Shown here piece by piece: positions 48,798 through 58,841 of a DNA stretch of 64,000 nucleotides; the first letter of the stretch is position 1, and each line of letters starts with the position of its first letter. Under the pieces are notes generated by a model. The model was not told the DNA's origin and ran no database searches. It saw nothing but the letters and a program-made list of their open reading frames with translations. The position numbers were made by a program, and so were the translations under genes. Source of the stretch: Eubacteriales bacterium (GTDB lineage Bacteria > Bacillota > Clostridia > Christensenellales > CALWSW01); the NCBI GenBank assembly GCA_031553675.1, contig JAVBLF010000084.1, positions 375 through 64,374 of the forward strand. Reading direction: 5' to 3'.

Positions 48798-50222
48798 TTG
48801 AAAACTTTTATGAACGACGACTTTTTGCTCAGCACCGACAGCGCCCGCTTGCTCTACCACGACTACGCGAAAGCGGCGCCCATCCTCGATTACCACTGCC
48901 ACATCAACCCGGCCGACATCGCGACCGACAAGCGCTATGATACGATCACAGACCTTTGGCTGGGGGGCGATCACTATAAATGGCGCGCCATGCGCTGCAA
49001 CGGCATCCCGGAAAGCGAGATCACCGGCGCCCGCGAACGCGATCCCTTTCTGCTCTTTCAACGCTGGACGCAGACCCTCCAGCGCGCGATCGGCAACCCG
49101 CTCTACCATTGGAGCTATTTGGAACTCAAGCGCTATTTCGGCATCGACGAAGCCCTGACCGAGGCCAATTGCCGCGCCGTCTACGACCGCTGCAACGAAC
49201 GCCTGCAGGACGAGGACATGAGCGTCCGCGGCTTGATCCGCCAGTCCCGCGTCAACCTGATCTGTACGACCGACGATCCCGCCGACGACCTGCAATGGCA
49301 TCGGTCGATCGCGGAGGACACTTCCTTTGCCTGCCAAGTATTGCCCGCGTTCCGTCCTGACAAGGCGATGAATGTCGACAAACCCGGCTTCGCCGCCTAC
49401 GTCGAAACGCTCGCCGCAGCGGCTGGAAGCCCCATTCGGTGTTTTGACGATCTCATGGGCGCGTTGCGCAGCCGCATGGATTTCTTTGACCGCATGGGCT
49501 GCCGCGTCTCCGACCACGCCCTCGATCATCCGGTCTGTACCCCGGCCGATCCCGCCACGCTCGACGCGATCTTCGCCGAGGCACTCGAAGGAGAAGTTTC
49601 GACCGCGAAGGCCGATGCGCTTAAGACGGCGGTTTTGACCTCGCTGGCCGCTCGCTACGCCGAATTGGGCTGGGCGATGCAAATCCACTACGGCTGCATC
49701 CGCAACAATTCCGACCGAGGCCTCGCAAATGTGGGTTGCGATTCAGGCTTTGACTGCATGGCGGACAGCGGCGGTGCGGCGGCGCTCGTCAATTTTTTGC
49801 GGCAGCTCGAAAACGCGGGCGCATTGCCGCGCATGGTGCTCTACTCGCTCAATCCCGCCGACAACGAAGTCATCATGACGGTGGCGGGCAGCTTCAGCCT
49901 CGACAGCGGCTGCGCGACGAAGATCCAGCTTGGGTCGGCATGGTGGTTCAACGACCACAAGACCGGCATGCAGAAGCAGCTCATCGATTTTGCCAACCTT
50001 GGCGTGCTGGGCAACTTCATCGGCATGCTGACCGACAGCCGCTCCTTCCTGTCCTATACGCGGCACGAGTATTTCCGGCGCATCCTCTGCGATCTCGTCG
50101 GCCGCTGGATGGAGGACGGCGAGATCGTGAACGACCCGTCGGCGACAGGCGGGCTGATCCGGGATATTAGCTACAACAACGCCGTTCGCTTCTTCGGTTT
50201 CGACCTGCCATTGGTCCAATAG
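48798..50222 (+). CDS. uxaC: Uronate isomerase
   Basis: DYHCH, GDHYKWRAMR, GNPLYHW, TTDDP, GSAWWFND, TDSRSFLSY.RHEYFRR. Confidence 0.96.
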   Translation: MKTFMNDDFLLSTDSARLLYHDYAKAAPILDYHCHINPADIATDKRYDTITDLWLGGDHYKWRAMRCNGIPESEITGARERDPFLLFQRWTQTLQRAIGNPLYHWSYLELKRYFGIDEALTEANCRAVYDRCNERLQDEDMSVRGLIRQSRVNLICTTDDPADDLQWHRSIAEDTSFACQVLPAFRPDKAMNVDKPGFAAYVETLAAAAGSPIRCFDDLMGALRSRMDFFDRMGCRVSDHALDHPVCTPADPATLDAIFAEALEGEVSTAKADALKTAVLTSLAARYAELGWAMQIHYGCIRNNSDRGLANVGCDSGFDCMADSGGAAALVNFLRQLENAGALPRMVLYSLNPADNEVIMTVAGSFSLDSGCATKIQLGSAWWFNDHKTGMQKQLIDFANLGVLGNFIGMLTDSRSFLSYTRHEYFRRILCDLVGRWMEDGEIVNDPSATGGLIRDISYNNAVRFFGFDLPLVQ

Positions 50223-50228
50223 GAGGCC

Positions 50229-51710
50229 ATGCTGATGAATACGCTCACATACGACACACTGCGCGCGTCCGATTACGAAGGCTATCTCCTCGAAAACGCG
50301 CCCGAACGCGTGCTCCAGTTTGGCGAGGGCAATTTTCTGCGCGCCTTCGTCGACGACTTCATCGACCGTCTGAACGAGTGCGCGGGCTTCGACGGAAAAG
50401 TGGTGCTCGTGCAGCCGATCGCGCCCGGTCTCGCCGGAATGATCAACGATCAGCAGGGGCTCTACACGCTCTACCTGCGCGGCTTTGCGGACGGCCAGGC
50501 CGTCGATGAAAAACGCGTCATTTCCTGTGTTTCTCGCTGCCTCAACCCTTATGACGACTTCGATGCGCTTCTGGCTTGCGCAAAAAACCCCGACTTACGC
50601 TTCATCGTCAGCAACACGACCGAAGCCGGCATCGTCTACGACGCGAATTCCACTTTTGATCAGAGGCCGCCTCACTCTTTTCCGGCCAAACTGACGCGCT
50701 TTCTCTACGAGCGCTTCCAAAACGGCCTGTCCGGCTTCATCGTGCTGAGCTGCGAGCTGATCGACGACAACGGACGCATCCTGCGCGAATGCGTGCTGCG
50801 CCATGCGGCGGAATGGAAGCTGGGCGAAGCGTTTTCGCGCTGGATCGAAGGCGAGAACACCTTCTGCTCGACGCTCGTCGATCGCATCGTGACCGGCTAT
50901 CCGCGCGCCGAAGCCGACGCGCTCAACGCGAAAAACGGCTACACCGACAATCTGATCGACACCGGCGAATGCTTCGGCCTCTGGGTGATCGAGGGGCCGC
51001 AGTCCTTGCTGGCGGAACTTCCCTTCGATCGGGCGGGCCTTCCCGTCATCGTCACGGACGATCACAGCCCCTACAAACAGCGCAAGGTCCGCATCCTCAA
51101 CGGTTCCCACACCTCGATGGTGCTCGGCGCTTACCTCGCCGGTTTTGACATCGTGCGCGACTGCATGCACGACGACATTGTACGCGGCTTTATGGAAAAG
51201 GCCATCTTCGACGAGATCATCCCGACGCTTTCTTTGCCGTGCGACGAACTGATCGCCTTTGCCCAGTCCGTCACCGACCGCTACCAGAACCCCTTCATCG
51301 ACCACAAACTGCTCGACATCGCGCTCAACTCGACCGCCAAGTGGCGGGCACGCGTGCTGCCGAGTGTCAAAGGCTATCTGGAATCGACCGGAAAGCCGCC
51401 GCGCTGCCTCAGCTTTTCGCTCGCCGCCTACCTCGCGTTCTACCGCGCGGGCGAAGCACTGGAAAACGGCACGCTCGTCGCGCGTCGGGGTGACGATAGC
51501 TACGCCATACGCGACGACGAATGGGTGCTGGAATGGTTCCTCGCGCATCGGCATCTCGACGCCGCGGCGCTCACACGGGAACTCTGCCGCAACGAGCGGA
51601 TGTGGGGGGAAGATCTGACGGCGCTTCCGGGCTTTGCCGAAGCCGTCGCTTCGAGCTTGGAAGCGATCGACCGCGACGGCATGCGCGACGCGATGCGCGC
51701 TTGCGTCTAG
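50229..51710 (+). CDS. uxaB: Tagaturonate reductase (altronate oxidoreductase)
   Basis: QFGEGNFLRAF, SNTTEAGI, LVDRIVTGYP, KVRILNG.HT. Confidence 0.95.
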   Translation: MLMNTLTYDTLRASDYEGYLLENAPERVLQFGEGNFLRAFVDDFIDRLNECAGFDGKVVLVQPIAPGLAGMINDQQGLYTLYLRGFADGQAVDEKRVISCVSRCLNPYDDFDALLACAKNPDLRFIVSNTTEAGIVYDANSTFDQRPPHSFPAKLTRFLYERFQNGLSGFIVLSCELIDDNGRILRECVLRHAAEWKLGEAFSRWIEGENTFCSTLVDRIVTGYPRAEADALNAKNGYTDNLIDTGECFGLWVIEGPQSLLAELPFDRAGLPVIVTDDHSPYKQRKVRILNGSHTSMVLGAYLAGFDIVRDCMHDDIVRGFMEKAIFDEIIPTLSLPCDELIAFAQSVTDRYQNPFIDHKLLDIALNSTAKWRARVLPSVKGYLESTGKPPRCLSFSLAAYLAFYRAGEALENGTLVARRGDDSYAIRDDEWVLEWFLAHRHLDAAALTRELCRNERMWGEDLTALPGFAEAVASSLEAIDRDGMRDAMRACV

Positions 51711-51719
51711 GGGGTCGGC

Positions 51720-53198
51720 ATGCAGCTCATTCAAATCCACCCCCGCGACAACGTCGCCGTCGCTTTGCGCGCGATCGCCATAGGCGAGACGATCGAAGTT
51801 CCAACCGGCGCACTCGTCGCGCTGGAAGCCATCCAGAGCGGCCACAAGATCGCACTCGCAAACATCGAAGAAGGGCAGCCGGTGATCAAGTACGGTTGCC
51901 CAATCGGCGCTACGACGCGAGCGATCGAAAAAGGCACCTTCGTCCACACGCACAACCTGCGCACACGCCTCGACACGGCCGCTGCCTACGCGTATGAACC
52001 CGCTTGGATGCCACTGCCCGCCGTCCCGCCCCGCAGTTTTCAGGGCTACCTACGCGCGGACGGGAGCGCCGCGACCCGCAACGAGCTTTGGGTCATCCCG
52101 ACGGTCGGCTGCGTCAACGGCATCGCCCACCAGATCGCGGCGCAGAACCAGGCGCTGGTCGCCGGCACGATCGAAGGCCTCTACGCCTTTCCGCATCCCT
52201 TCGGCTGCTCCCAGATGGGGCGCGATCACGAAATGACGCGCAGGCTGCTCGCGGCACTCGCGCGACATCCCAACGCAGGCGGCGTGCTCGTGCTCGGATT
52301 GGGCTGCGAAAACAACACGATGCGCGAATTCCAGGCGGAGCTGGGCGAATGGGATCCCGATCGCGTGCAATTCCTCGTCTGCCAGGAGGTCGAAGATGAA
52401 TTCGATGAGGCGGCGCGGATGCTTCAAGCCCTCGCGACGCATGCGTCCCAAGCCCGGCGCGAAACGCTCCCGGTGTCCAAACTCGTCGTGGGCATGAAGT
52501 GCGGCGGCTCGGACGGGCTCTCGGGCGTGACGGCCAACCCGGTGGTCGGCGCGTTTTCCGATCGGCTCATCGCCCAGGGCGGCACCACGATCCTCACCGA
52601 GGTGCCGGAGATGTTTGGCGCGGAAGATCTCCTGATGCGCCGCTGCGAAAGCCGGCAGGTATTCAACAAGACCGTGCAGATGATCGAGGGTTTTAAGGAC
52701 TATTTCACCGGCCACGGCCAGGTCGTCTATGAAAACCCCAGCCCCGGGAACAAAGCGGGCGGCATTACGACGCTCGAAGAAAAGAGCTGCGGCTGCGTTC
52801 AAAAGGGCGGCGACGCGCCGATCGTCGATGTGATCGATTACGGGCAGGCCGTGACAAAGCCGGGCTTGAACCTCCTCAACGGCCCCGGAAACGACCTGGT
52901 CAGCACGACAGCCCTCACCGCTGCCGGCGCACACCTGATCCTGTTTACGACGGGAAGGGGCACGCCGTTTGGCGCGCCCGTGCCGACGCTGAAGGTCGCG
53001 ACGAACCACGATCTCGCGACCCACAAACGCGGCTGGATCGATTTCGACGCCAGCGCCGTTGCCGCGGGCGAAGCGGTGGACGAGGTGGGCGCGCGCCTCT
53101 TTGCATGTGTGATCGCCTGCGCGTCGGGCCAGCCGACCAAGAGCGAGCTGCAAGGCTGCCGCGAGATCTCGATCTGGAAAGACGGCGTCGTCCTATAA
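51720..53198 (+). CDS. uxaA: Altronate dehydratase
   Basis: SAF domain (DNVAVAL, GHKIAL, HTHN), PTVGCVN, HPFGCSQ, CGGSDG, NPSPGN, TGRGTP. Confidence 0.95.
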   Translation: MQLIQIHPRDNVAVALRAIAIGETIEVPTGALVALEAIQSGHKIALANIEEGQPVIKYGCPIGATTRAIEKGTFVHTHNLRTRLDTAAAYAYEPAWMPLPAVPPRSFQGYLRADGSAATRNELWVIPTVGCVNGIAHQIAAQNQALVAGTIEGLYAFPHPFGCSQMGRDHEMTRRLLAALARHPNAGGVLVLGLGCENNTMREFQAELGEWDPDRVQFLVCQEVEDEFDEAARMLQALATHASQARRETLPVSKLVVGMKCGGSDGLSGVTANPVVGAFSDRLIAQGGTTILTEVPEMFGAEDLLMRRCESRQVFNKTVQMIEGFKDYFTGHGQVVYENPSPGNKAGGITTLEEKSCGCVQKGGDAPIVDVIDYGQAVTKPGLNLLNGPGNDLVSTTALTAAGAHLILFTTGRGTPFGAPVPTLKVATNHDLATHKRGWIDFDASAVAAGEAVDEVGARLFACVIACASGQPTKSELQGCREISIWKDGVVL

Positions 53199-53225
53199 TT
53201 CTTGTTTCACAAAGGAGCGAATGGT

Positions 53226-54362
53226 ATGTCAGAATTTGATACGAGCGTGCGAGACAGCCAGGGCAGCGATGTGCGGCCCATCGCGCCCGAACGCTTCGAC
53301 CTCGAAGCCTACGCCGCCTACGAAGCGGCGTTGCTCGAAGCAAACCGCGCCTTTCAAGAGGCCGAAAGCGGCCTGCTCGTCTATCGGCGCTTCCGCGCCG
53401 ACGGCGTGTTCTACGACAAATGCCGCGACGCCGACGAATCGCTCGCCCTCCAATTGGGCGCGTTGCAGGCGAGCATGGCCTACAAAGCCGACGTCGCGAA
53501 TTTCCTCGAACCCTGGTATGGCATCGGTTACATCGCGTCGAGCTTTGGCACCGACTACATTTGGCTTCCCGACCAAGCGCCCAACGTCGCGCAGCCCTTT
53601 GCGTCGTGCGAAGCGATTTTGGAAGTGGATCCCGTTCCGATCCAGAACACGCCGATCGGTAAGACGATACTCGACATGATCGAGCGCTTCCTCGACAAGA
53701 CGCGCGGCCAGATCCCGATCTCGTTTTCCGACATCCAGTCGCCGCTCAACATGCTTTCTTACTTGCTGCCGACGACAGAGCTGTTCATGACGGCCATCCT
53801 CGACCCAGACGGCCTCCGGGAAGCGGCCAAACGCGTGACGGATCTGCTGATCGACTTCCTGCGCATCCAGCGGGATTTGATCGGTTCATGCCTGGCTCGG
53901 CCCGGCCACGGTTTCGCCAGCAGCCGCGCGTTTCGTGGCGCCGGCATGAGCGACGATATGTCGCTGATGCTCTCGCCCGCGGACTATCTTTCGCTCTTTG
54001 CCCCCCATGATGAGCGAATCGGCCAAGCGTTTGACGGCGTCGTTTACCATTCGTGCGGCAACTGGGAAGCCAAAATCGACATGGTCAAGCAGCTTAAAGG
54101 CTTGATCGCGGTCGATGGCGCGTTCAACATCCAGACCGACCCGGCTCCCAACACACCCGCCCCCTTTGCGGAAGCTTTCGCCGGAACGGGTGTCGTCGTC
54201 AACGCCCGCGCCGTCGGCGATCTCGACGAGGCATTCGCGAGCTTCGAATCGCTGTGGAAGCCCGGGCAAAAGCTGATCGCGGTCACCTACTGCAAAACGC
54301 CCGAGGAACAGGTGATGCTCTACGATCGCCTGCATGCCATGGCAAGGGAGCTAGCGCTATGA
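53226..54362 (+). CDS. UroD-fold (methyltransferase-like) protein
   Basis: EPWYGIG, DIQSPL, GMSDD, YHSCG. Confidence 0.7.
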   Translation: MSEFDTSVRDSQGSDVRPIAPERFDLEAYAAYEAALLEANRAFQEAESGLLVYRRFRADGVFYDKCRDADESLALQLGALQASMAYKADVANFLEPWYGIGYIASSFGTDYIWLPDQAPNVAQPFASCEAILEVDPVPIQNTPIGKTILDMIERFLDKTRGQIPISFSDIQSPLNMLSYLLPTTELFMTAILDPDGLREAAKRVTDLLIDFLRIQRDLIGSCLARPGHGFASSRAFRGAGMSDDMSLMLSPADYLSLFAPHDERIGQAFDGVVYHSCGNWEAKIDMVKQLKGLIAVDGAFNIQTDPAPNTPAPFAEAFAGTGVVVNARAVGDLDEAFASFESLWKPGQKLIAVTYCKTPEEQVMLYDRLHAMARELAL

Positions 54363-55408
54363 TCTACGACATCACCTTTCACCCCTCGTGGTGGCACAAG
54401 AACGCCGGCATCGATTTCTCCCAGCGCTTTTTTGACGACGCGGCCTACCGCGTGCAATGCGATGTCGAGATGCGGCGCTGTCTCTACGAGCACTTTGGCG
54501 ACTGGGGCATCGGCGAGGCCGACCCTGTAGAGCGACCCATTCTCGGCACGGACTTGCTGGCTGCCGGACATCTTCACTCGGCGCTCATGGGCTGCGAGGT
54601 CATCTATGCGCCCGACGACGCGCCCCAGGTGGTGTGCCGCCATCTCGACGTCGATGGGATTGCAGACCTGAAAGCGCCCGATCTGGACGCGCATCCACTC
54701 TGGCAGACCGTCGAGGCACAGATCAAGTGGCTTGAAGGCCGTTTTGGGCGCGTCGAGCCCTGCGTCAATCTGATGGGCGTGCAGAACATTGCGCTCGACC
54801 TGATGGGCGAGGCGCTCATGACCGCCTACTACACCGACCCCGATGCGATCCACGCGCTGCTCGACACGATCACCAAGCTCTCGATCGACGTCGGCACGCG
54901 CCTTCGCCGCCTCTCGGACGACATTTCGGGCGGCGTGACGGCCATCGTCCGCAAGGTGCGCCCGGATTGCTATTTGGGTTCCAACTGTTCCGTCGAGATG
55001 ATTTCGCAGGCCACCTACGAGGCTTTCCTCCTCGAAACGGACCAACGCTTGGCCGATGCCTTCGGTCCCTTCGGCGTCCACCACTGCGGCGGAACGATGG
55101 AACACGTCGTCGGCGGTTACGCCAAGATTCGTAACTTGGTTTTCGCAGAGGTGGGCGCTGGCTCGGACCTTGCGAACGTGCGCGCCGTGTTGCCCGATAT
55201 CCCCCTGAACGCGCGCTATTCGCCCGCCAAACTCATGGTTCAAAGCCAAACCGAAATCGAAGCGGGCGTGCAGTCGCTCTATGAAGCCGGTCAGGCACAG
55301 GGCGGCGGACGCCTTTCGATTTCCTGTGTCGGCATCGACTATCAGGTCAGCGACGACGCGATCCAAGCCTTTTTGTCCGCCTGTCGGGCGTGTGGGACAG
55401 ACGTGTAG
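54359..55408 (+). CDS. UroD-fold-like hypothetical protein
   Basis: ATGA-coupled. GVQNIALDL.G, SNCSVEMIS, GVHHCG. Confidence 0.6.
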   Translation: MIYDITFHPSWWHKNAGIDFSQRFFDDAAYRVQCDVEMRRCLYEHFGDWGIGEADPVERPILGTDLLAAGHLHSALMGCEVIYAPDDAPQVVCRHLDVDGIADLKAPDLDAHPLWQTVEAQIKWLEGRFGRVEPCVNLMGVQNIALDLMGEALMTAYYTDPDAIHALLDTITKLSIDVGTRLRRLSDDISGGVTAIVRKVRPDCYLGSNCSVEMISQATYEAFLLETDQRLADAFGPFGVHHCGGTMEHVVGGYAKIRNLVFAEVGAGSDLANVRAVLPDIPLNARYSPAKLMVQSQTEIEAGVQSLYEAGQAQGGGRLSISCVGIDYQVSDDAIQAFLSACRACGTDV

Positions 55409-55451
55409 GCTTTGTGACGCTGTCGCTGCGCGCAATGTAGCGCTTGCCTTT

Positions 55452-55484
55452 GCCCCCACCGTCAATTTTAAGGTGGGGGTTTTT
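55452..55484 (+). terminator. Terminator of the uxa operon
   Basis: GCCCCCACC...GGTGGGGGT-TTTT. Confidence 0.65.
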
Positions 55485-55605
55485 GGCGGTCGCAAACGCG
55501 CGATTGACTCCTTCCGTCGGATCGGTTCTACAACGAGAATCGGAGTTGTGATATGATGGGGCTACGAGAAACCTGATGGAGTGTATTGACAGGAGGAGGG
55601 GCAAG

Positions 55606-56004
55606 ATGAACCCGAATATCCTCATGCTGTTCGAAAAGATGCCCGGTGCGCTGCCATTGTACGAAGTGCTGGAGAAGCGCATGCTGGCACGCTTTCCGGA
55701 CGTGACGATCGTGGTGAAGGCAACACAAGTGAGCTTTTACGATACCCTCGCTTTCGCCTGGGCATGGCCGCCTTTTCGCAAGCGAAAGGGCTGGCCGGAT
55801 ACGTATTTGATCGTTACCTTCGGCTTGGATCACCAGCTCGTCCATCCACGCATCGCGGAATCCGTAGAGCCGTATCCCAATCGCTGGACACACCATGTCA
55901 TCGTCGAGCGCCCGGATGAGATCGACGAAGAACTCATGGGCTGGATCGAGGAAAGCCATCGGTTTTCGCGCAGCAAAAGGAGGGGCCGCCGTGGACAGCC
56001 ATAG
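55606..56004 (+). CDS. DUF5655-like protein
   Basis: KATQVSF, VTFGL...PRIAE.VEPYPNRWTHHV, IDEELMGWI.ES. Confidence 0.7.
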   Translation: MNPNILMLFEKMPGALPLYEVLEKRMLARFPDVTIVVKATQVSFYDTLAFAWAWPPFRKRKGWPDTYLIVTFGLDHQLVHPRIAESVEPYPNRWTHHVIVERPDEIDEELMGWIEESHRFSRSKRRGRRGQP

Positions 56005-56362
56005 GGAAGATTGGGAAGGCGCGCTGCAAAGCATGCATTCGATGATCGCCCGATGCGAAAAAGCGCAGGAAAAATTCGCTTCCGGTACTTCCCAGCACAC
56101 CTTGCTACAGAACCGCATGCACGCGCTGCGGGTTTCGGCGGCGCTCATTGGGCAAAAATTGACGGGAGCCGACGCTCTCGAAGGATATGGGAAAGAGGAC
56201 TACGAAAAAGCGGAAGCCCCGATCCTATCACTGATCCACAAGAGCGAAAAGGCCCGACAGAAACTATCGCCAGGCACTTGGCAGGACACGACCACAGGTG
56301 ACAATCTCAAAGCGTTGTACATAGCCTCATCGCTACTGACGGAGGTTTTGGAACGGCCCTGA
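55991..56362 (+). CDS. Hypothetical protein with internal duplication
   Basis: Two similar halves: S(M/L)I..(C/S)EKA.(E/Q)K...GT.Q.T....N...AL. GTG start after AGGAGG. Confidence 0.6.
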   Translation: MDSHREDWEGALQSMHSMIARCEKAQEKFASGTSQHTLLQNRMHALRVSAALIGQKLTGADALEGYGKEDYEKAEAPILSLIHKSEKARQKLSPGTWQDTTTGDNLKALYIASSLLTEVLERP

Positions 56363-56424
56363 AACGGAAGCTGCATGAAATAGGCCTTCATGCAAAACGA
56401 ATCGACAGATCGGAGCATAAAGAG

Positions 56425-57321
56425 ATGCAGAAAATCACCCCCTGTATCTGGTGTGACCGAGAGGCCTTGGAGGCCGCTGAGCTGTATGTGTCCGCATTCG
56501 ACGAAGCTCGCATGGAACATGTGACCTACTATCAGGAGAACGACGCCTCGCCCTCCGCACTGCCTGCCGGTACGCCGCTGACGGTGCGCTTTGTCCTGTG
56601 CGGACAAGAAATGATTGTCATGAACGGCGGCCCGATCTTCCGGCCCAACCCTGCGCTTTCCTTTTTCGTCGGGTGCACGAGCGAGGCGCAGATGGATGCG
56701 CTCTGGGACAAGCTTTCGGCGGGGGGCACTGTGCTGATGGAAGTGGCGCAATACCCCTTTAGCGAGCGTTTTGGCTGGTGCGCCGACCGATTCGGCGTCT
56801 CCTGGCAATTGAGCCTGACCGGAAGCAAACAAAGCATTGCGCCCTATCTGATGTTCACCGAGCCGGTTTGCGGCAGGGCGGAAGAGGCGATGCGGTTTTA
56901 CACCGACCTTTTCGAAGACGCAAAGGTATTGGACATCACCCGCTACGGCAAGGATGCGGGTGGGGCGGAGGGAACGGTCATGTTCGCCCGCTTCTGTCTT
57001 GCGGGGCAGACCTTCATGGCCGCCGACAACGCCTATCCGCACGGCTTTACATTCAACGAAGGGATTTCCTTGTCCGTTTCCTGCCGCGATCAGGCGGAAA
57101 TCGACGCCTTCTGGCAGCGCCTGGCCGAGGGCGGCGAGGAACAATCTTGCGGCTGGCTGAAGGATCGCTTCGGCATGTCATGGCAGATCGTCCCGCACAA
57201 GATCGAAATGCTGGTCGATGCCTCCGAACCCATCCGGGCATTGCGCGTCAACGCGGCGCTGATGCAAATGAAGCGGATCGACGTGCAGCGTTTGCAGGAC
57301 GCGTATGACGGCCTGCTATGA
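56425..57321 (+). CDS. VOC family protein (PhnB/3-demethylubiquinone-9 3-methyltransferase-like, duplicated)
   Basis: Two repeats ending GW..DRFG.SWQ, FNEGISL. Confidence 0.88.
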   Translation: MQKITPCIWCDREALEAAELYVSAFDEARMEHVTYYQENDASPSALPAGTPLTVRFVLCGQEMIVMNGGPIFRPNPALSFFVGCTSEAQMDALWDKLSAGGTVLMEVAQYPFSERFGWCADRFGVSWQLSLTGSKQSIAPYLMFTEPVCGRAEEAMRFYTDLFEDAKVLDITRYGKDAGGAEGTVMFARFCLAGQTFMAADNAYPHGFTFNEGISLSVSCRDQAEIDAFWQRLAEGGEEQSCGWLKDRFGMSWQIVPHKIEMLVDASEPIRALRVNAALMQMKRIDVQRLQDAYDGLL

Positions 57322-57558
57322 CGCGTGAGGCGGCGCTGTGGTATGCGATGTTAACGAGCGTTGTTGAGAGTAGCGTAAGCGAAAAAAGTGTGTCGATGAG
57401 AAGAAGCAAGGCATTCCGGTGAGCATTTCGCCGGAATGCGCGTATGTGAACAAGAGCCGCGTCTATGGGTGCGGCTCTTTGCATGGAAGTTTGCGCCAGC
57501 CCATGGGCAAGACGCGTCGCTTTTTTTGAATCGGAAGCGCGATGCACCGAAATTTTGC

Positions 57559-57587
57559 TTGCCGCGCAGACTACTCTGTGGTATTAT
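57559..57587 (+). promoter_or_regulatory. Promoter for the padR-DUF1048 operon
   Basis: TTGCCG-17-TATTAT with TG extended -10. Confidence 0.5.
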
Positions 57588-57677
57588 GTACTTACTACCA
57601 CGTGATACTGCATATCTGCGACAGAGAATATCAATGGTGCGGCATACCAGCCGTGCAACATAGCGAGGGGTGGAAGA

Positions 57678-58004
57678 ATGGAAAACCTGACTGAAATGCT
57701 CAAAGGCGTGTTGGAAGGCTGCGTGCTGGAAATCATCAGCCGGGAGCCGACCTATGGCTACGAAATCACGCGCCGATTGAATGCGCTCGGCTTTACGGAA
57801 CTGGTCGAGGGAACCGTGTATACCATTTTGATCCGGCTCGAAAAAAACAAGCTGGTGGACATGGAGAAACGAACGTCCAACCAGGGGCCTCCGCGCAAGT
57901 TTTACGCGCTCAACGACGCAGGACGCGAGGAACTGGGCCGCTTCTGGGAGAAATGGAATTTCATCGCGTCGAAAATGAACGAGCTGAAGGAGAAAAGGCC
58001 ATGA
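57678..58004 (+). CDS. PadR family regulator
   Basis: LKGVLEGCVL, YGYEI, EGTVYTIL.RLE, GPPRKFY. Confidence 0.93.
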   Translation: MENLTEMLKGVLEGCVLEIISREPTYGYEITRRLNALGFTELVEGTVYTILIRLEKNKLVDMEKRTSNQGPPRKFYALNDAGREELGRFWEKWNFIASKMNELKEKRP

Positions 58005-58348
58005 ATTTTTGGGACAAAATCACGGGCAGCGACATGACGAAAGAAATGAAGGGCTTCGAGGCGCGCGCCCAAAAACTGCCGTCCGACTACCAGGCGGCAT
58101 GGGAGGAAACCAAGGCCCATCTTTGGCTCCACGCCGACTTCACGGGACGCAATCTCATGCCCATACTCGACGGTGTGCTCGGCTTTTTCGAGGAAGCGGC
58201 GGCGGATGGCCAACGCGCAGAGGCGGTTTTGGGCACCGACATCGAAGGTTTCTGCGCGGCGCTGGCCGGCGGAGAAGGAGCAAAGACCTATCGCGACAAG
58301 TGGCGCGAACAGCTCAACCGCAATGTGGCAAAAAAATTGGGAAGGTGA
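58001..58348 (+). CDS. DUF1048 protein
   Basis: LPSDYQAAW.E, FEEAAADG, G.DIEGF. Confidence 0.85.
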   Translation: MNFWDKITGSDMTKEMKGFEARAQKLPSDYQAAWEETKAHLWLHADFTGRNLMPILDGVLGFFEEAAADGQRAEAVLGTDIEGFCAALAGGEGAKTYRDKWREQLNRNVAKKLGR

Positions 58349-58357
58349 GGAAGAGCC

Positions 58358-58708
58358 ATGCGCATCCAGGAGATCATCGAAGGCAAAAAAGAATGGCGCG
58401 CACACGTGGCACGCGTCAAGGCGCTGCCCCCGGATTACCAGATCGTCTATGAGGAGATCCAAAAATACCTGTTCAAGGTCGGACCCGTTGAGCTGACGAA
58501 GGGGAACGATCTGCTGTCGGGAATCGTCGATCTGTTCGAAGAGGGGGTTGCCGCGGGCCAAGACGTGCTCGACGTGTCCGGCCGAGACGTGGCAGCCTTC
58601 TGCGACGAACTCATCCAAGGTTCGACGACGTACGCCGACCTGTACAAGGACTATGTAGATGAAAAAGTGTCTGCGGCCATCAAAAAGGCGACGGACAAAA
58701 TGAAGTGA
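58358..58708 (+). CDS. DUF1048 protein
   Basis: KKEWR, LPPDYQIVY.EIQKY, LFEEG, G.DVAAFCDEL. Confidence 0.88.
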   Translation: MRIQEIIEGKKEWRAHVARVKALPPDYQIVYEEIQKYLFKVGPVELTKGNDLLSGIVDLFEEGVAAGQDVLDVSGRDVAAFCDELIQGSTTYADLYKDYVDEKVSAAIKKATDKMK

Positions 58709-58744
58709 AACGGGTCGGAGCATAAGCAGCCGCATGCGTACAAA

Positions 58745-58774
58745 TTGACATCGGTATCACTCTCTATTTATAAT
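58745..58774 (+). promoter_or_regulatory. sigmaA promoter for the aconitase X operon
   Basis: TTGACA-18-TATAAT. Confidence 0.65.
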
Positions 58775-58841
58775 CAAAGTGTCTCCGACGAATTGACCCA
58801 TCCGTCCACACGAGAGATGAAAACCCATGGGAGGTGCGCGA

